A stretch of 64,000 nt of DNA. Origin: Candidatus Methylomirabilota bacterium. Lineage in GTDB: Bacteria > Methylomirabilota > Methylomirabilia > Rokubacteriales > CSP1-6. A program made the position numbers and the translations under genes. Below the pieces are notes generated by a model. The model was not told where the DNA came from, made no database searches, and worked only from the letters and a program-made list of their open reading frames with translations. Of the stretch, positions 43,736-54,712 are shown piece after piece. The DNA lies in contig JBKPAK010000213.1 of the NCBI GenBank assembly GCA_046726415.1, positions 1 to 64,000 of the forward strand. The letters are read 5' to 3'. Position 1 is the first letter of the stretch. Every line of letters begins with the position of its first letter.

Positions 43736-45168
43736 AGGACCGCGGAGAGATCCAGCCGACGCCGACGCCTGGCCACCCCCGTGGCGTGAGCGGCCCGAGC
43801 CACGCCTCCCGCGACGGCAGGAGCCACGCTCTTGTTGAACACACTGGGGATGATGTATTCCTCGCTGAGCTGGCCCTTGCTCACGCACGCGGCGAGGGCC
43901 CGAGCGGCCGCCAGCTTCATCTCGTCGTTGACGGTGCGCGCCCGGGAGTCGAGCAGACCCCGGAAGAAACCGGGGAAGCATAGGACGTTGTTGATCTGGT
44001 TCGCGTAGTCGGACCGCCCGGTGGCCATGACCCGCACGTGCTTCAGCGCGAGCTCTGGCTGAATTTCGGGGACGGGATTGGCCATGGCGAACACGATGGG
44101 GTCCCGTGCCATCAACCGCAGCTCTCGCCCGGTCAGGATGCCGGGGACGGACAACCCGATGAACACGTCAGCGCCCCTCATCGCCTGAGCGAGGCCTCCC
44201 GTCACGCCGCGCGGATTGGTGCTGGTGGCCACCCACCGCTTCATGAAGTCCAGGTTCCCTGCGCGACCCCGATGGATGATACCGTGTTCGTCGACACCCA
44301 CGATGTCGCGGACACCGCTGGACTGAAGGATCTTGATCGTCGCCGTGCCCGCGGCGCCCACGCCCGTCACCACCACCCGCACGCGGCGGAGCTCCTTGCC
44401 CACGATGCGCAGAGCGTTGAGGAGAGCGGCCAACACCACCACGGCCGTGCCGTGCTGGTCGTCGTGAAAGACGGGGATGTCGAGCTCCTTGCGCAAGCGC
44501 TCTTCAACTTCGAAGCAACGCGGCGCCGCGATGTCCTCCAGGTTGATGCCGCCGAAGGCGGGGGCGATCAGCTTGACCGTCTCGACAATCGCGTCGACCT
44601 CTTTGGTGGCGAGGCAAATCGGGAAGGCGTCGACCCCACCAAACTCCTTGAACAGCATTGACTTGCCTTCCATCACGGGAAGGGCTCCCTCAGGGCCGAT
44701 GTCCCCGAGGCCGAGGACCGCGGTGCCATCTGTGACCACCGCCACGCTGTTCTGTTTCATGGTCAGGGAAAACGCGCGCTGGCGATCGTCTCTGATGGCG
44801 AGGCATACCCGCGCCACCCCGGGCGTATAGACCATCGAGAGATCGTCGCGGGTCCGTATCGGGACCTTGTTGCGAATCTCGATCTTGCCTCCCAGGTGTA
44901 CGAGGAAGGTGCGGTCGGAGATGTTGACGACCTTGACTCCGGCCAGTTGCCTGAGGCGATTCACGATCTGCTGGCCGTGGTGGCTGTCGCGCGCTTTGAT
45001 CGTGATATCCCGCACCACGCGATCGCGGCCCGACTCGACGAGGTCGACGGCCCCGATGTCGCCCCCCGCCCCGCCGATCGCCATGGCCACCCGTCCGAGC
45101 ATGCCCGGTCGATTGGTGATCGACAGGCGGGCCGTAATGCTGTAGCTCGCGCTCGGGGCGACAGCCAT
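43732..45168 (-). CDS. malic enzyme with N-terminal ACT domain
   Basis: YTPGVA, DGTAVLGLGDIG, PVMEGK, INLEDI, FHDDQHGTA, NNVLCFPG; N-terminal NRPGMLG ACT motif. Confidence 0.94.
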   Translation of the reverse strand: MAVAPSASYSITARLSITNRPGMLGRVAMAIGGAGGDIGAVDLVESGRDRVVRDITIKARDSHHGQQIVNRLRQLAGVKVVNISDRTFLVHLGGKIEIRNKVPIRTRDDLSMVYTPGVARVCLAIRDDRQRAFSLTMKQNSVAVVTDGTAVLGLGDIGPEGALPVMEGKSMLFKEFGGVDAFPICLATKEVDAIVETVKLIAPAFGGINLEDIAAPRCFEVEERLRKELDIPVFHDDQHGTAVVVLAALLNALRIVGKELRRVRVVVTGVGAAGTATIKILQSSGVRDIVGVDEHGIIHRGRAGNLDFMKRWVATSTNPRGVTGGLAQAMRGADVFIGLSVPGILTGRELRLMARDPIVFAMANPVPEIQPELALKHVRVMATGRSDYANQINNVLCFPGFFRGLLDSRARTVNDEMKLAAARALAACVSKGQLSEEYIIPSVFNKSVAPAVAGGVARAAHATGVARRRRRLDLSAVL

Positions 45169-45465
45169 CAAGCAATTCCTCCGCTTCGCCGAGGGACGGC
45201 CCGAGGCGAAGCCCTTGTCCCCGGCTGCCATTGGCCGGGCCGGGGGCCCCGCCCTGCCCCGGCCTCCGGGGAGCGTCACTATTGAGACAGAATTGAGGCC
45301 AATAATCCGGCCAAGCGGCGACGCCGACACGGTCACGGCCCCCCCAGCCGGCATGGGGGCTTCATCGTAGCAGAAGGCCCACGCCCTGAATATCTCCAGG
45401 TGCGGCGGGGTCTTACACCGCGGAACCACCAACGGCCCCCGCGCGTTCACCGTGGAGGGTCGAGG

Positions 45466-47052
<1,587 letters not shown>

Positions 47053-47118
47053 TCGCGCATCGCGGCGCCGCGCCTCCGCGCTCCGTTCATGCGGCTGAGA
47101 TGGTGAGCCGGGCATGAC

Positions 47119-47334
47119 CTAGTCGAGAATCGCGACCGTCTCGCCTTCCTGCACGGTCTGACCCTCCTCGACGCAGATCTCCTTGACCGATCCGGCCCGC
47201 GGCGCTTCCACCGGGATCTCCATTTTCATCGACTCCAGCACGATCACGGCGTCGCCAGCGGCGACACTGTCTCCGGGCTTGGCCGCGATCTGGAACACGA
47301 CCCCTGTGATGTGCGCCTTGATCTCCTCAGGCAT
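47119..47334 (-). CDS. stand-alone biotin carboxyl carrier protein
   Basis: ESMKM biotinylation motif in a 71-aa biotinyl domain. Confidence 0.92.
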   Translation of the reverse strand: MPEEIKAHITGVVFQIAAKPGDSVAAGDAVIVLESMKMEIPVEAPRAGSVKEICVEEGQTVQEGETVAILD

Positions 47335-48673
47335 TGAACGCTCCTTGCTCGACCAGCTGGGTGTGCACCTGCCCCCGCCGGAACGCCTCCGAGGCTACCA
47401 TGCGCCCGAGGAAGGCGAGATTGGTCTTCAGGCCCTCCACCCGGCAGTGACCAAGGCCGACGGCCATGCGGGCAATGGCCTCCTCGCGCGAGTGGCCATG
47501 GACGATCAGCTTGAACAGCAAAGGATCGTAGTGGACCGACACGCTGCTACCCGCCTCGACCCCGGACTCCACGCGCACGCCCTCGCCGGAGGGCAATTCG
47601 AGATGGCCGATGGTCCCCGGTGAGGGCAGGAAGCCCCGCTCGGGGTCCTCGGCGTATACCCGGCATTCGATCGAGCTGCCATGCATCGCGAGGTCGCCTT
47701 GCCGCCAGCTCAGATGCTCCCCTGCCGCCACCTTGAGTTGTTCGATGACGAGGTCCACACCGGTCACTTCCTCCGTGACCGCATGCTCCACTTGAAGCCG
47801 CGTGTTCATCTCGAGGAAGTAGAAGTTCCCGCCTTCGTCGACCAGGAATTCCATGGTCCCTGCGTTGGTGTAGTCGATGGCGGCCGCCCCCCTGAGCGCC
47901 GCCGCGAACAGGCCTGTCCGCGTGGCCTCGGCCAGGTGGGGCGCTGGGGACTCCTCCACCAGCTTCTGGTGCCGTCGCTGTAGGGAGCACTCCCGTTCAT
48001 AGAGGTGGACCAGGGTCCCGTGACCATCACCGAATACCTGCACCTCCACGTGGCGAGGCCGTTCGAGGTACCGCTCGACGTAGAGGGCCGCCGTTCCGAA
48101 GGCCGCCTGGGCGCGCCGAGCGGCGGTCGCGAATGCACCGGCCAGTTCGCCAGCCGATCCGGCCCGCGCCATGCCGATTCCGCCACCGCCACCCGCGGCC
48201 TTCAAGATCACCGGAAACCCGATCGAGCCCGCCGCGCGTTCGACCTCGGAAAGGTCCGTGAGTGGCGCCATGCTCCCGGGCACGATCGGAACTCCCGCCT
48301 CGCGCATGCGGCGCCGCGCCTGGGTCTTGTCCCCCATGACGCGGATGACCTCAGGACTCGGCCCCACGAAGACTAATCCCGCCTCCCGGCAGGCTTCCGC
48401 GAACCGCCAGTTCTCGGAGAGGAACCCGTAACCGGGATGCACTGCGTCCGCGCCCGCCCGCTGGGCACCCGCGACGATGCGGTCGATCGCCAAGTAGCTG
48501 TCGCGCGCCGGGGCCGGGCCGACATGGACCGCGGTGTCGGCCTCACGCACGTGGAGCGCGCCGGCATCGGCCTCGGAGCACACCGCCACAGTCCGCGTGC
48601 CAAGCGCGCGGCAGGCCCGAAACACGCGGCGAGCAATTTCCCCGCGGTTCGCGACAAGGACAGTCCGAAACAC
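47327..48673 (-). CDS. biotin carboxylase subunit
   Basis: VANRGEIA, HPGYGFLSEN, GGGGIGM, ECSLQRRHQK, EMNTRLQVEH. Confidence 0.94.
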   Translation of the reverse strand: MFRTVLVANRGEIARRVFRACRALGTRTVAVCSEADAGALHVREADTAVHVGPAPARDSYLAIDRIVAGAQRAGADAVHPGYGFLSENWRFAEACREAGLVFVGPSPEVIRVMGDKTQARRRMREAGVPIVPGSMAPLTDLSEVERAAGSIGFPVILKAAGGGGGIGMARAGSAGELAGAFATAARRAQAAFGTAALYVERYLERPRHVEVQVFGDGHGTLVHLYERECSLQRRHQKLVEESPAPHLAEATRTGLFAAALRGAAAIDYTNAGTMEFLVDEGGNFYFLEMNTRLQVEHAVTEEVTGVDLVIEQLKVAAGEHLSWRQGDLAMHGSSIECRVYAEDPERGFLPSPGTIGHLELPSGEGVRVESGVEAGSSVSVHYDPLLFKLIVHGHSREEAIARMAVGLGHCRVEGLKTNLAFLGRMVASEAFRRGQVHTQLVEQGAFNA

Positions 48674-48701
48674 TAGCCGGACGAGATCGGCGCCGAGGCA
48701 G

Positions 48702-49661
48702 TCAGGCGGCAGGTTCGATGCGTACCACTTCCGCGCTGTAGAGGCGCCACCCGTCTCTGCCACCCCGCCACTGTTGCTGAACGACGGCCAGGCCACCTGG
48801 TCCCTTGAAGGCCAGCTTGACCATTCGGTACTCGCCGATCTTAGCCACCGCGACAATCTTGGACCCGGACAGGGGCGGAGGGAGCTTGACGTATTCGGCG
48901 CGCACCTGCTCGCGCGCCCCCACCACCACCTGCTCCGCGGCGGCCTCGCCATCGCCGTTCTCGACGGCCTGGCAGTGGCGGTCGATCGCCTCCACCAGAT
49001 CGCCGGGGAGGTCGGGCCGGGCGAAGATGTTGCCAAGCGCGATGACGTCATCGTGGGCCCGCGGGTGCTCGGTGGGCCGGGAGGCAACGATCGGTGCGTC
49101 GCCGGTAACTCCACCGGCCTCGCCTAGCATCGCCAGTAACCGCGAGCTCCATGCCTCGACGCGCTCAGAGGTGACGGGATCTCGGGTGAGGGCTTCGAGC
49201 ACGATGTGCCCGGCCGCCACGTGCCGCCGTTCTTCCTCGAGGCACCGTTCGAGGATGCGCCGGGTGGGCGGTTCGTACACCGGATTCGCGCGGTCCAGGT
49301 GACGCTGGTAGGCGGAAACGAGATGGGGCTTCAGCACGCGATACATCGCGGTCAGGCGCTCCGGCGTCTGCGCGTACCGTTCACACCCCTCCAGCAGCTC
49401 CATGAAGCGAACCACGGTCGCGTTGGCCGGTTCGGATTGCTGGGCGGCCGCGCGCAGCTCGGGCAGGCGCCGGCCCCACTGGTCGGTGTGTTGCGCGCAA
49501 TCCCAGACGTGGCGGCCGAAAAGTAGCTTGGCGGGCAGCTCAGGAGTCAGCGCGATCCAGCCCCCCATGATCCGCATCATTCGCTCCTCGACATAGCGAT
49601 AGCGGCGGACGAGGGAGGCCGAGGTGTTCACGGAGAAGTGGCCGGCGAGCCGGTCCGGCAT
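48702..49661 (-). CDS. ferritin-like domain protein with extra C-terminal domain
   Basis: ATG 49661 overlaps the upstream stop; helical protein with YVEE, WDCAQH and LEEERRH ligand-like motifs. Confidence 0.72.
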   Translation of the reverse strand: MPDRLAGHFSVNTSASLVRRYRYVEERMMRIMGGWIALTPELPAKLLFGRHVWDCAQHTDQWGRRLPELRAAAQQSEPANATVVRFMELLEGCERYAQTPERLTAMYRVLKPHLVSAYQRHLDRANPVYEPPTRRILERCLEEERRHVAAGHIVLEALTRDPVTSERVEAWSSRLLAMLGEAGGVTGDAPIVASRPTEHPRAHDDVIALGNIFARPDLPGDLVEAIDRHCQAVENGDGEAAAEQVVVGAREQVRAEYVKLPPPLSGSKIVAVAKIGEYRMVKLAFKGPGGLAVVQQQWRGGRDGWRLYSAEVVRIEPAA

Positions 49662-50416
49662 CAGTAGACGGGCGAGCGCTGCGTGGTCCTGATGAGGCGA
49701 TCGATCTCCTCGTCGGTGAAGCCGGCGAGCTTGCGGGCGTCCTTGGCGATGGAGATCTGCACCTCCTCGTGGCCGCCATCCTGACGGACGCCGCCGAGAT
49801 TGAAGCGCTCGTCGATGGACTCCTGGAACTCGATGGCCCGGCGCCGGCGCTCCGGATCGCCCTCGGTGAGCTTGTTGAGCCACTTGGAGCCCATGCGCAC
49901 GTGGGTGATCTCGTCGGCCAGCACGAAGTCCACCGCTTTCTCGATGATGGGATCGCCGATCTTGGCCGCTATGTGGATCAGCTGGTTGAAGACGTCGCAG
50001 GCGAGCCCCTCCAGGCCGCGATTCACACCGGCCACGCGGGCCGCCGCGTCTTCCGCACAGGCACATCGCCACAGGAGCGTCGACTCTGGAAATTCGCCCA
50101 CGTAGCCGCCAAGATGCTCGAGGAGCCCGAGGTAGATCTCCACGTGGCGGGACTCGTCCCAGACCTGTCGCGCCATGTCCAGGGTGAACTCCCACGGCGC
50201 ATCGGGGAAATCGCAGACCGTGCGCCCTGCTCCTTCCATGGCTTGCAATTCACCCACCAGGATGCCGTGCACGCGCTCTCGCATCGACGCCCGACTGGCG
50301 AGATCCGGAAACGGTGGCAGCCCCTGGTCGATCCTCAGGGTCGCCGTGTCCCGTGCGCGCATTCGCACAAATCGGTCCTCGCGGGCGAGCTTGTCATAGG
50401 CGATCGGCCGCTCCAT
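49661..50416 (-). CDS. ferritin-like di-iron protein (DUF455-like)
   Basis: GELQAME, WDESRH, LEGLACD, ADEITH: complete E/ExxH/E/ExxH pattern. Confidence 0.85.
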   Translation of the reverse strand: MERPIAYDKLAREDRFVRMRARDTATLRIDQGLPPFPDLASRASMRERVHGILVGELQAMEGAGRTVCDFPDAPWEFTLDMARQVWDESRHVEIYLGLLEHLGGYVGEFPESTLLWRCACAEDAAARVAGVNRGLEGLACDVFNQLIHIAAKIGDPIIEKAVDFVLADEITHVRMGSKWLNKLTEGDPERRRRAIEFQESIDERFNLGGVRQDGGHEEVQISIAKDARKLAGFTDEEIDRLIRTTQRSPVY

Positions 50417-50453
50417 AGGTAGGCCTCCGGCAAGACTGAACCGCTGTTCATTG

Positions 50454-50482
50454 AGTGTAATCGAAGCGCGCGGGGGAGGCAA
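50454..50482 (-). promoter_or_regulatory. sigma70-type promoter for the ferritin-like/carboxylase operon
   Basis: TTGCCT-17 nt-TACACT on the minus strand. Confidence 0.6.
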
Positions 50483-50529
50483 CGCGCGGTTCACCCGGTG
50501 ATCCTGCTGACGCGCCATGCCGGGAAGTG

Positions 50530-51738
50530 TCACTCCGAGTGTCGCCTCGATGGGGCTGTCGGGACTTGGTCTGCGTGGTCGAGCAGGGACGCCGGCCGGA
50601 CCGCACCATCCCCGAAGCGCCGGGTCAGCCCGTCGACCACGCGCGCCAGACGCTCTCGGCGAACGGCGTTGACGTCGAGCAAGGAGAGCTGTCCCTGTCC
50701 TTCCGCAACCAACTGGGAGGCCGACACGCCAATCAACCGGGCCGGCTGGGACAGCTCGATGCGTTCGAGGAGAATGGCGGCGCGGCGATAGATCTCGAGA
50801 CCGTCCTGCGTGGGCTCGGCGGTCCAGCTCCGGGTCAGCGTGTGGAAGTCCGCGAAGCGCAACTTGAGCGTGACGCAGGATGCCGCGACGCCCCCGCGGC
50901 GAAGCTCAGCGCTCACCCGCTCCGCCTGCGCCCGTAGAGCGGCGCCGAGCCGGCGGAGATCACGGCAGTCGCGACTGAACGTCTCCTCGGCCCCCATCGA
51001 CTTGGCCGACCCCTCGGGAGCGACGCGGCGAGGGTCGAGGCCGAACGCGAGGCGATGCAGGTGCTCGCCAAGGGCACCGAATCGGCGCATCAAGGGCTCA
51101 CGAGGCAAGGCCTGCAACTGACCGATGGTCCTCAGGCCGAGGGTGTGCAGTTCTCTGGTCGTGACACCGCCCGCCCCCCACAGCCGTTCCACCGGCAACG
51201 GGGCCAAGAAGCGGGCTTCATCGCCGGCCGGTACCACCACGAGACCGTCGGGTTTCCGTAGATCGGAGGCCACCTTGGCCACAAACTTGTTGGAGGCGAG
51301 CCCAGCCGAGGCCGTGAGGCCCACCTCGGTCAGGATTCGGCCCTTGATCTGCCGGATCGCCTCGATGGGCGCCCCGAACAGCGACCCCGTGCCGGTGAGA
51401 TCGATGAACGCCTCGTCGACGGAGATTTGCTCCACCAGCGGTGAGAACTCCGCGAGGATCGCCATGATCCGGGTGGAAACGCGCTGGTACTTCTCCATGT
51501 CTACAGGAAGGAATACGGCGTGGGGGCAGAGGCGCGCGGCACGGCTGATCGGCATGGCCGAGCGCACGCCAAATGGGCGGGCCTCGTACGAGGCGGCCGA
51601 CACGACGCCGCGCCCGCGCGGGTCGCCGCCCACGATCACCGGACGCCCGCGCAGGTCTGGGCGATCCCGCTGCTCGACCGCCGCGTAGAAGGCGTCCATG
51701 TCGACGTGGGCGATCGAGGACGCGCGGCCTGTGCGCAT
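50530..51738 (-). CDS. dinB: DNA polymerase IV
   Basis: HVDMDAFYAAVE, ASYEAR.FGV.SAM, SVDEAF, AKVASDLRKPDG. Confidence 0.95.
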   Translation of the reverse strand: MRTGRASSIAHVDMDAFYAAVEQRDRPDLRGRPVIVGGDPRGRGVVSAASYEARPFGVRSAMPISRAARLCPHAVFLPVDMEKYQRVSTRIMAILAEFSPLVEQISVDEAFIDLTGTGSLFGAPIEAIRQIKGRILTEVGLTASAGLASNKFVAKVASDLRKPDGLVVVPAGDEARFLAPLPVERLWGAGGVTTRELHTLGLRTIGQLQALPREPLMRRFGALGEHLHRLAFGLDPRRVAPEGSAKSMGAEETFSRDCRDLRRLGAALRAQAERVSAELRRGGVAASCVTLKLRFADFHTLTRSWTAEPTQDGLEIYRRAAILLERIELSQPARLIGVSASQLVAEGQGQLSLLDVNAVRRERLARVVDGLTRRFGDGAVRPASLLDHADQVPTAPSRRHSE

Positions 51739-51748
51739 CCGCGGATGC

Positions 51749-52414
51749 TCAGTCGAGTCTCTCGGCCTCGCTGAGCCGGCGCAACGCATCCACCTCCTGT
51801 TCGAGCACCTGAATGCGGTCGAGGAGGTGTTCAATGGCCTTGGCCACCGGATCTGGAAGATCGGTCTGGTTCAGGTCGATGCCCGACGTCACCCGTTGAC
51901 CGTCGCGGTAGGTCACCTTGCCCGGAACTCCGACGACCACGGCGTTCGCTGGCACGTCCCGTACCACCACCGAACCGGCGCCAATGCGACTATTGTCACC
52001 CACCGTGATGGCGCCGAGCACCGTGGCCCCGGCACCCACGACCACGTTGTTGCCCAAGGTCGGGTGTCGCTTCCCCCGCTCGAGGCTGGTACCTCCCAAC
52101 GTCACGCCGTGGAGCAGGCTGACGTTCTCCCCCACCTCGGCCGTCTCGCCGATCACGACGCCCATGCCGTGATCGATGAAGAGGCCAGGCCCCAGGCGTG
52201 CCGCCGGATGGATCTCGATCCCCGTCAGGAATCGCGCCAGATGCGAGGTGAAGCGCGCCAGCCCGAGCCATCCGCCCGTCCACAGGCGATGAGCCAGACG
52301 GTGGAAGGTGAGGACGTGGACGCCCGGATAGCAGAGCAGCACTTCGAGGCGGGATCGCGCGGCGGGATCCCGCTCCAGGACGACCTGAATGTCGCGACGG
52401 AGGGAGTCAAACAT
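51749..52414 (-). CDS. cysE: serine O-acetyltransferase
   Basis: [35 protein letters not shown]. Confidence 0.96.
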   Translation of the reverse strand: MFDSLRRDIQVVLERDPAARSRLEVLLCYPGVHVLTFHRLAHRLWTGGWLGLARFTSHLARFLTGIEIHPAARLGPGLFIDHGMGVVIGETAEVGENVSLLHGVTLGGTSLERGKRHPTLGNNVVVGAGATVLGAITVGDNSRIGAGSVVVRDVPANAVVVGVPGKVTYRDGQRVTSGIDLNQTDLPDPVAKAIEHLLDRIQVLEQEVDALRRLSEAERLD

Positions 52415-52787
52415 GGCTTTCCTGGCGCCTCATGTAGTCTCGGGCGGCGGCCCGCAGGGCCTCTGCCACCACATCGGCCGCGTGCTTGCGGTCCTCCGGG
52501 AGGCCGTCCAGGGCCTCCTCGATGGCCACGGCCGATAGATGAGCGAGCGCCTCCACCGTGTATCCCGCGACCAGCTCGCTGGCCGCACTGGCCGCGGCGA
52601 TGGTTGGACCGCACCCGTAAGTCTGAAACCGCACTTCCGAGAGGCGGCCGTCGCGCACGCGGAGGAAGAAGCGCGCGAGATCGCCGCAGCCCTCGTATTC
52701 CTGCTGCCCCACGGCATCGGGCCCGCGCATGAGCCCAGCGTTGCGGGGGTGCAGGAAATGATCGACCAAGGTGGGGCTGTACCTCAT
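52407..52787 (-). CDS. IscU/NifU-N-like protein with only two of three scaffold cysteines
   Basis: YS..VDHF.HPRN.G, GCGD, TYGCG present; LPEDRKHAA replaces LPPVKIHCS. Confidence 0.88.
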   Translation of the reverse strand: MRYSPTLVDHFLHPRNAGLMRGPDAVGQQEYEGCGDLARFFLRVRDGRLSEVRFQTYGCGPTIAAASAASELVAGYTVEALAHLSAVAIEEALDGLPEDRKHAADVVAEALRAAARDYMRRQESHV

Positions 52788-53938
52788 ACGGCGGCCGGCA
52801 GGGCCTCCCGCAACTTGGCGACCAGAGGTTCCGCGCAGTCGATGACGTACTCGATATCCTCGGCCGCCGTGGTTCGGCCGAGGGAGCACCGCACCGCTCC
52901 GATGGCCCAGTCGAGCGGCACGCCCATGGCCTGGAGCACGTACGAGGGTTCGACGTTGCCCGAGGTGCACGCGGAGCCAGCCGACACGGCGACGCCCTTG
53001 AGATCGAGCCCCAAGACGATCGACTCGGACTCCACGTGACGGAAGCTGACGTTGGCAGTCCCGGGCAGCCGCTCGACCGGATGCCCGTTCAGCCGTACCT
53101 CGGGGACGCGGGCACGGAGGCCCTCCCAGAGCCGGTCGCGCAGCGCGCGCAACCGCTCTGTTTCACTGGTCATATCGCGGGCGCGGACCTCGACCGCCTT
53201 GCCAAAACCCGCGATGCCCGCCACGTTCTCGGTGCCGGCTCGCCGGCGACGCTCGTGCTCGCCACCGTGCTGAACCGAGACCATCTTCGTGCCGCGCCGG
53301 ATGTAGAGAGCGGCGACGCCTTTGGGCCCGTAAATCTTGTGCGCAGAGCACGACAACACGTCGATGCCCCAGCCGTCGAGGTCGATGGGGATCTTGGCGA
53401 ACGTCTGCACGGCGTCCACGTGGAAGGGGACGCCGTGATTTCGGGCGAGAACGCCGATCGCCGCGACGGGCTGGATCGTCCCCACCTCGCTGTTGGCGTG
53501 CATCACGCTGATGGCGATGGTGTCGGGCCGGAGCGCTCGCTTGACGTCGTCGGGATCGATCATCCCGTAGCCGTCCACCGGCAGATATGTCACCTCGAAC
53601 CCGGCCGCCTCCAGCGCTTGACAGGTGCGCAGAACCGCGTGGTGTTCAACGCGCGAGGTGATTAGGTGGCCCTTGCCCTTGGCCCCGGCCAGCCCTTTGA
53701 CGGCAAGGTTGTCGGATTCCGTTCCGCCCGACGTGAAGACGATCTCTTCTGGACGCGCGCCCAGGAAGCGGGCCACCCGTTCGCGGGCGGTCTCCAGCCC
53801 TTCTCGCGCTTCGCGCCCGAAGGCGTGCACGCTCGACGGGTTGCCGAAGCGTTCCATCAAGTACGGCAGCATCTCGGCCGCGACCTCCGGATGGACGGGC
53901 GTCGATGCGTTGTGATCCAAGTACACTCGACGGCTCAT
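52784..53938 (-). CDS. cysteine desulfurase (NifS/IscS group I, catalytically intact)
   Basis: YLDHNAST, SGGTESDN, EHHAV, HVDAVQ, SAHKIYGPKG, SAGSACTS. Confidence 0.95.
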   Translation of the reverse strand: MSRRVYLDHNASTPVHPEVAAEMLPYLMERFGNPSSVHAFGREAREGLETARERVARFLGARPEEIVFTSGGTESDNLAVKGLAGAKGKGHLITSRVEHHAVLRTCQALEAAGFEVTYLPVDGYGMIDPDDVKRALRPDTIAISVMHANSEVGTIQPVAAIGVLARNHGVPFHVDAVQTFAKIPIDLDGWGIDVLSCSAHKIYGPKGVAALYIRRGTKMVSVQHGGEHERRRRAGTENVAGIAGFGKAVEVRARDMTSETERLRALRDRLWEGLRARVPEVRLNGHPVERLPGTANVSFRHVESESIVLGLDLKGVAVSAGSACTSGNVEPSYVLQAMGVPLDWAIGAVRCSLGRTTAAEDIEYVIDCAEPLVAKLREALPAAV

Positions 53939-53942
53939 GAGC

Positions 53943-53971
53943 TTGCTCTCCCTCGATCCCGATGCTAGGCT
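53943..53971. promoter_or_regulatory. overlapping divergent promoter candidates (dsrEFH-like on +, desulfurase on -)
   Basis: + strand TTGCTC-17 nt-TAGGCT with extended TG; the overlapping - strand reads TAGCAT upstream of a GAGGGAG RBS. Confidence 0.5.
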
Positions 53972-53979
53972 CGGCCCGG

Positions 53980-54303
53980 ATGGATCTCGCCCGGAAAAAG
54001 TTCGGCCTCCTGCTCTCGACCGGACCTGAGCACGGAAATCTCGACACCGCCATCGGCCTCACCGCGGCGGCTCTGGGTCGCGGGGCGACCGTCTACCTCT
54101 ACCTCATCGACGACGGCGTGGCGACTCTGTCCGACCCTCGCCTTCGCGCGCTGCCTGCGCGCGGAGTGAAGCTCTTCGCGTGCGCCTACGGTTGCCAGAA
54201 GCGCCGGATCCCGCTCGAAGACAGTGACGAGATCACCTACTGCGGTCTGGTGGTGCTGACGGATCTCATCAACGGCACCGACCGCTTCGTCGCGCTCAAC
54301 TGA
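53980..54303 (+). CDS. DsrE/TusD-like sulfurtransferase
   Basis: VYLYLIDDGV, LFACAYGCQKR (Cys at the TusD/DsrE active position). Confidence 0.85.
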   Translation: MDLARKKFGLLLSTGPEHGNLDTAIGLTAAALGRGATVYLYLIDDGVATLSDPRLRALPARGVKLFACAYGCQKRRIPLEDSDEITYCGLVVLTDLINGTDRFVALN

Positions 54304-54336
54304 AACAGCACCGACCGCTTCGTCGCGCTCAACTGA
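54271..54336 (+). repeat. 33-bp tandem duplication of the dsrE-like 3' end including the stop
   Basis: aacggcaccgaccgcttcgtcgcgctcaactga / aacagcaccgaccgcttcgtcgcgctcaactga (32/33 identical). Confidence 0.95.
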
Positions 54337-54355
54337 GCGCCCTCGCGGCGCGCGC

Positions 54356-54712
54356 GTGACCGACCACGCCCCCGTGCTCGTGCTGATCTCCGCCGATCCA
54401 CGAGAGTCGCATCGCGCCAACGAGGCCCTGCGCATCGGGCTCGGAATCGTCTCGGGCGAAAACGAGGTGGTCTTCGTCCTCAGCGGCGCGGGGGTCCACC
54501 TCCTCGACGCCGACACCGACGACCTCGTCGATGGCGACGACATCGCGCGTTTTCGCGCCAGTCTCAAGGCCCTCGATGTCTCCTTCCACGTCGAATCGGA
54601 ATCCCGACCATCCGATCCCGACTGGAACGCCGCCAACCACCCGGTGGTCGTCCAGCCGGGGAGCGCCATCGTCGACCTCCTCCGGACCAGCCGCCGGGCG
54701 CTGATCTTCTGA
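54356..54712 (+). CDS. DsrF/TusC-like protein
   Basis: DP..SHRANEALRIGLG, VFVLSGAGV; no Cys. Confidence 0.75.
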   Translation: MTDHAPVLVLISADPRESHRANEALRIGLGIVSGENEVVFVLSGAGVHLLDADTDDLVDGDDIARFRASLKALDVSFHVESESRPSDPDWNAANHPVVVQPGSAIVDLLRTSRRALIF

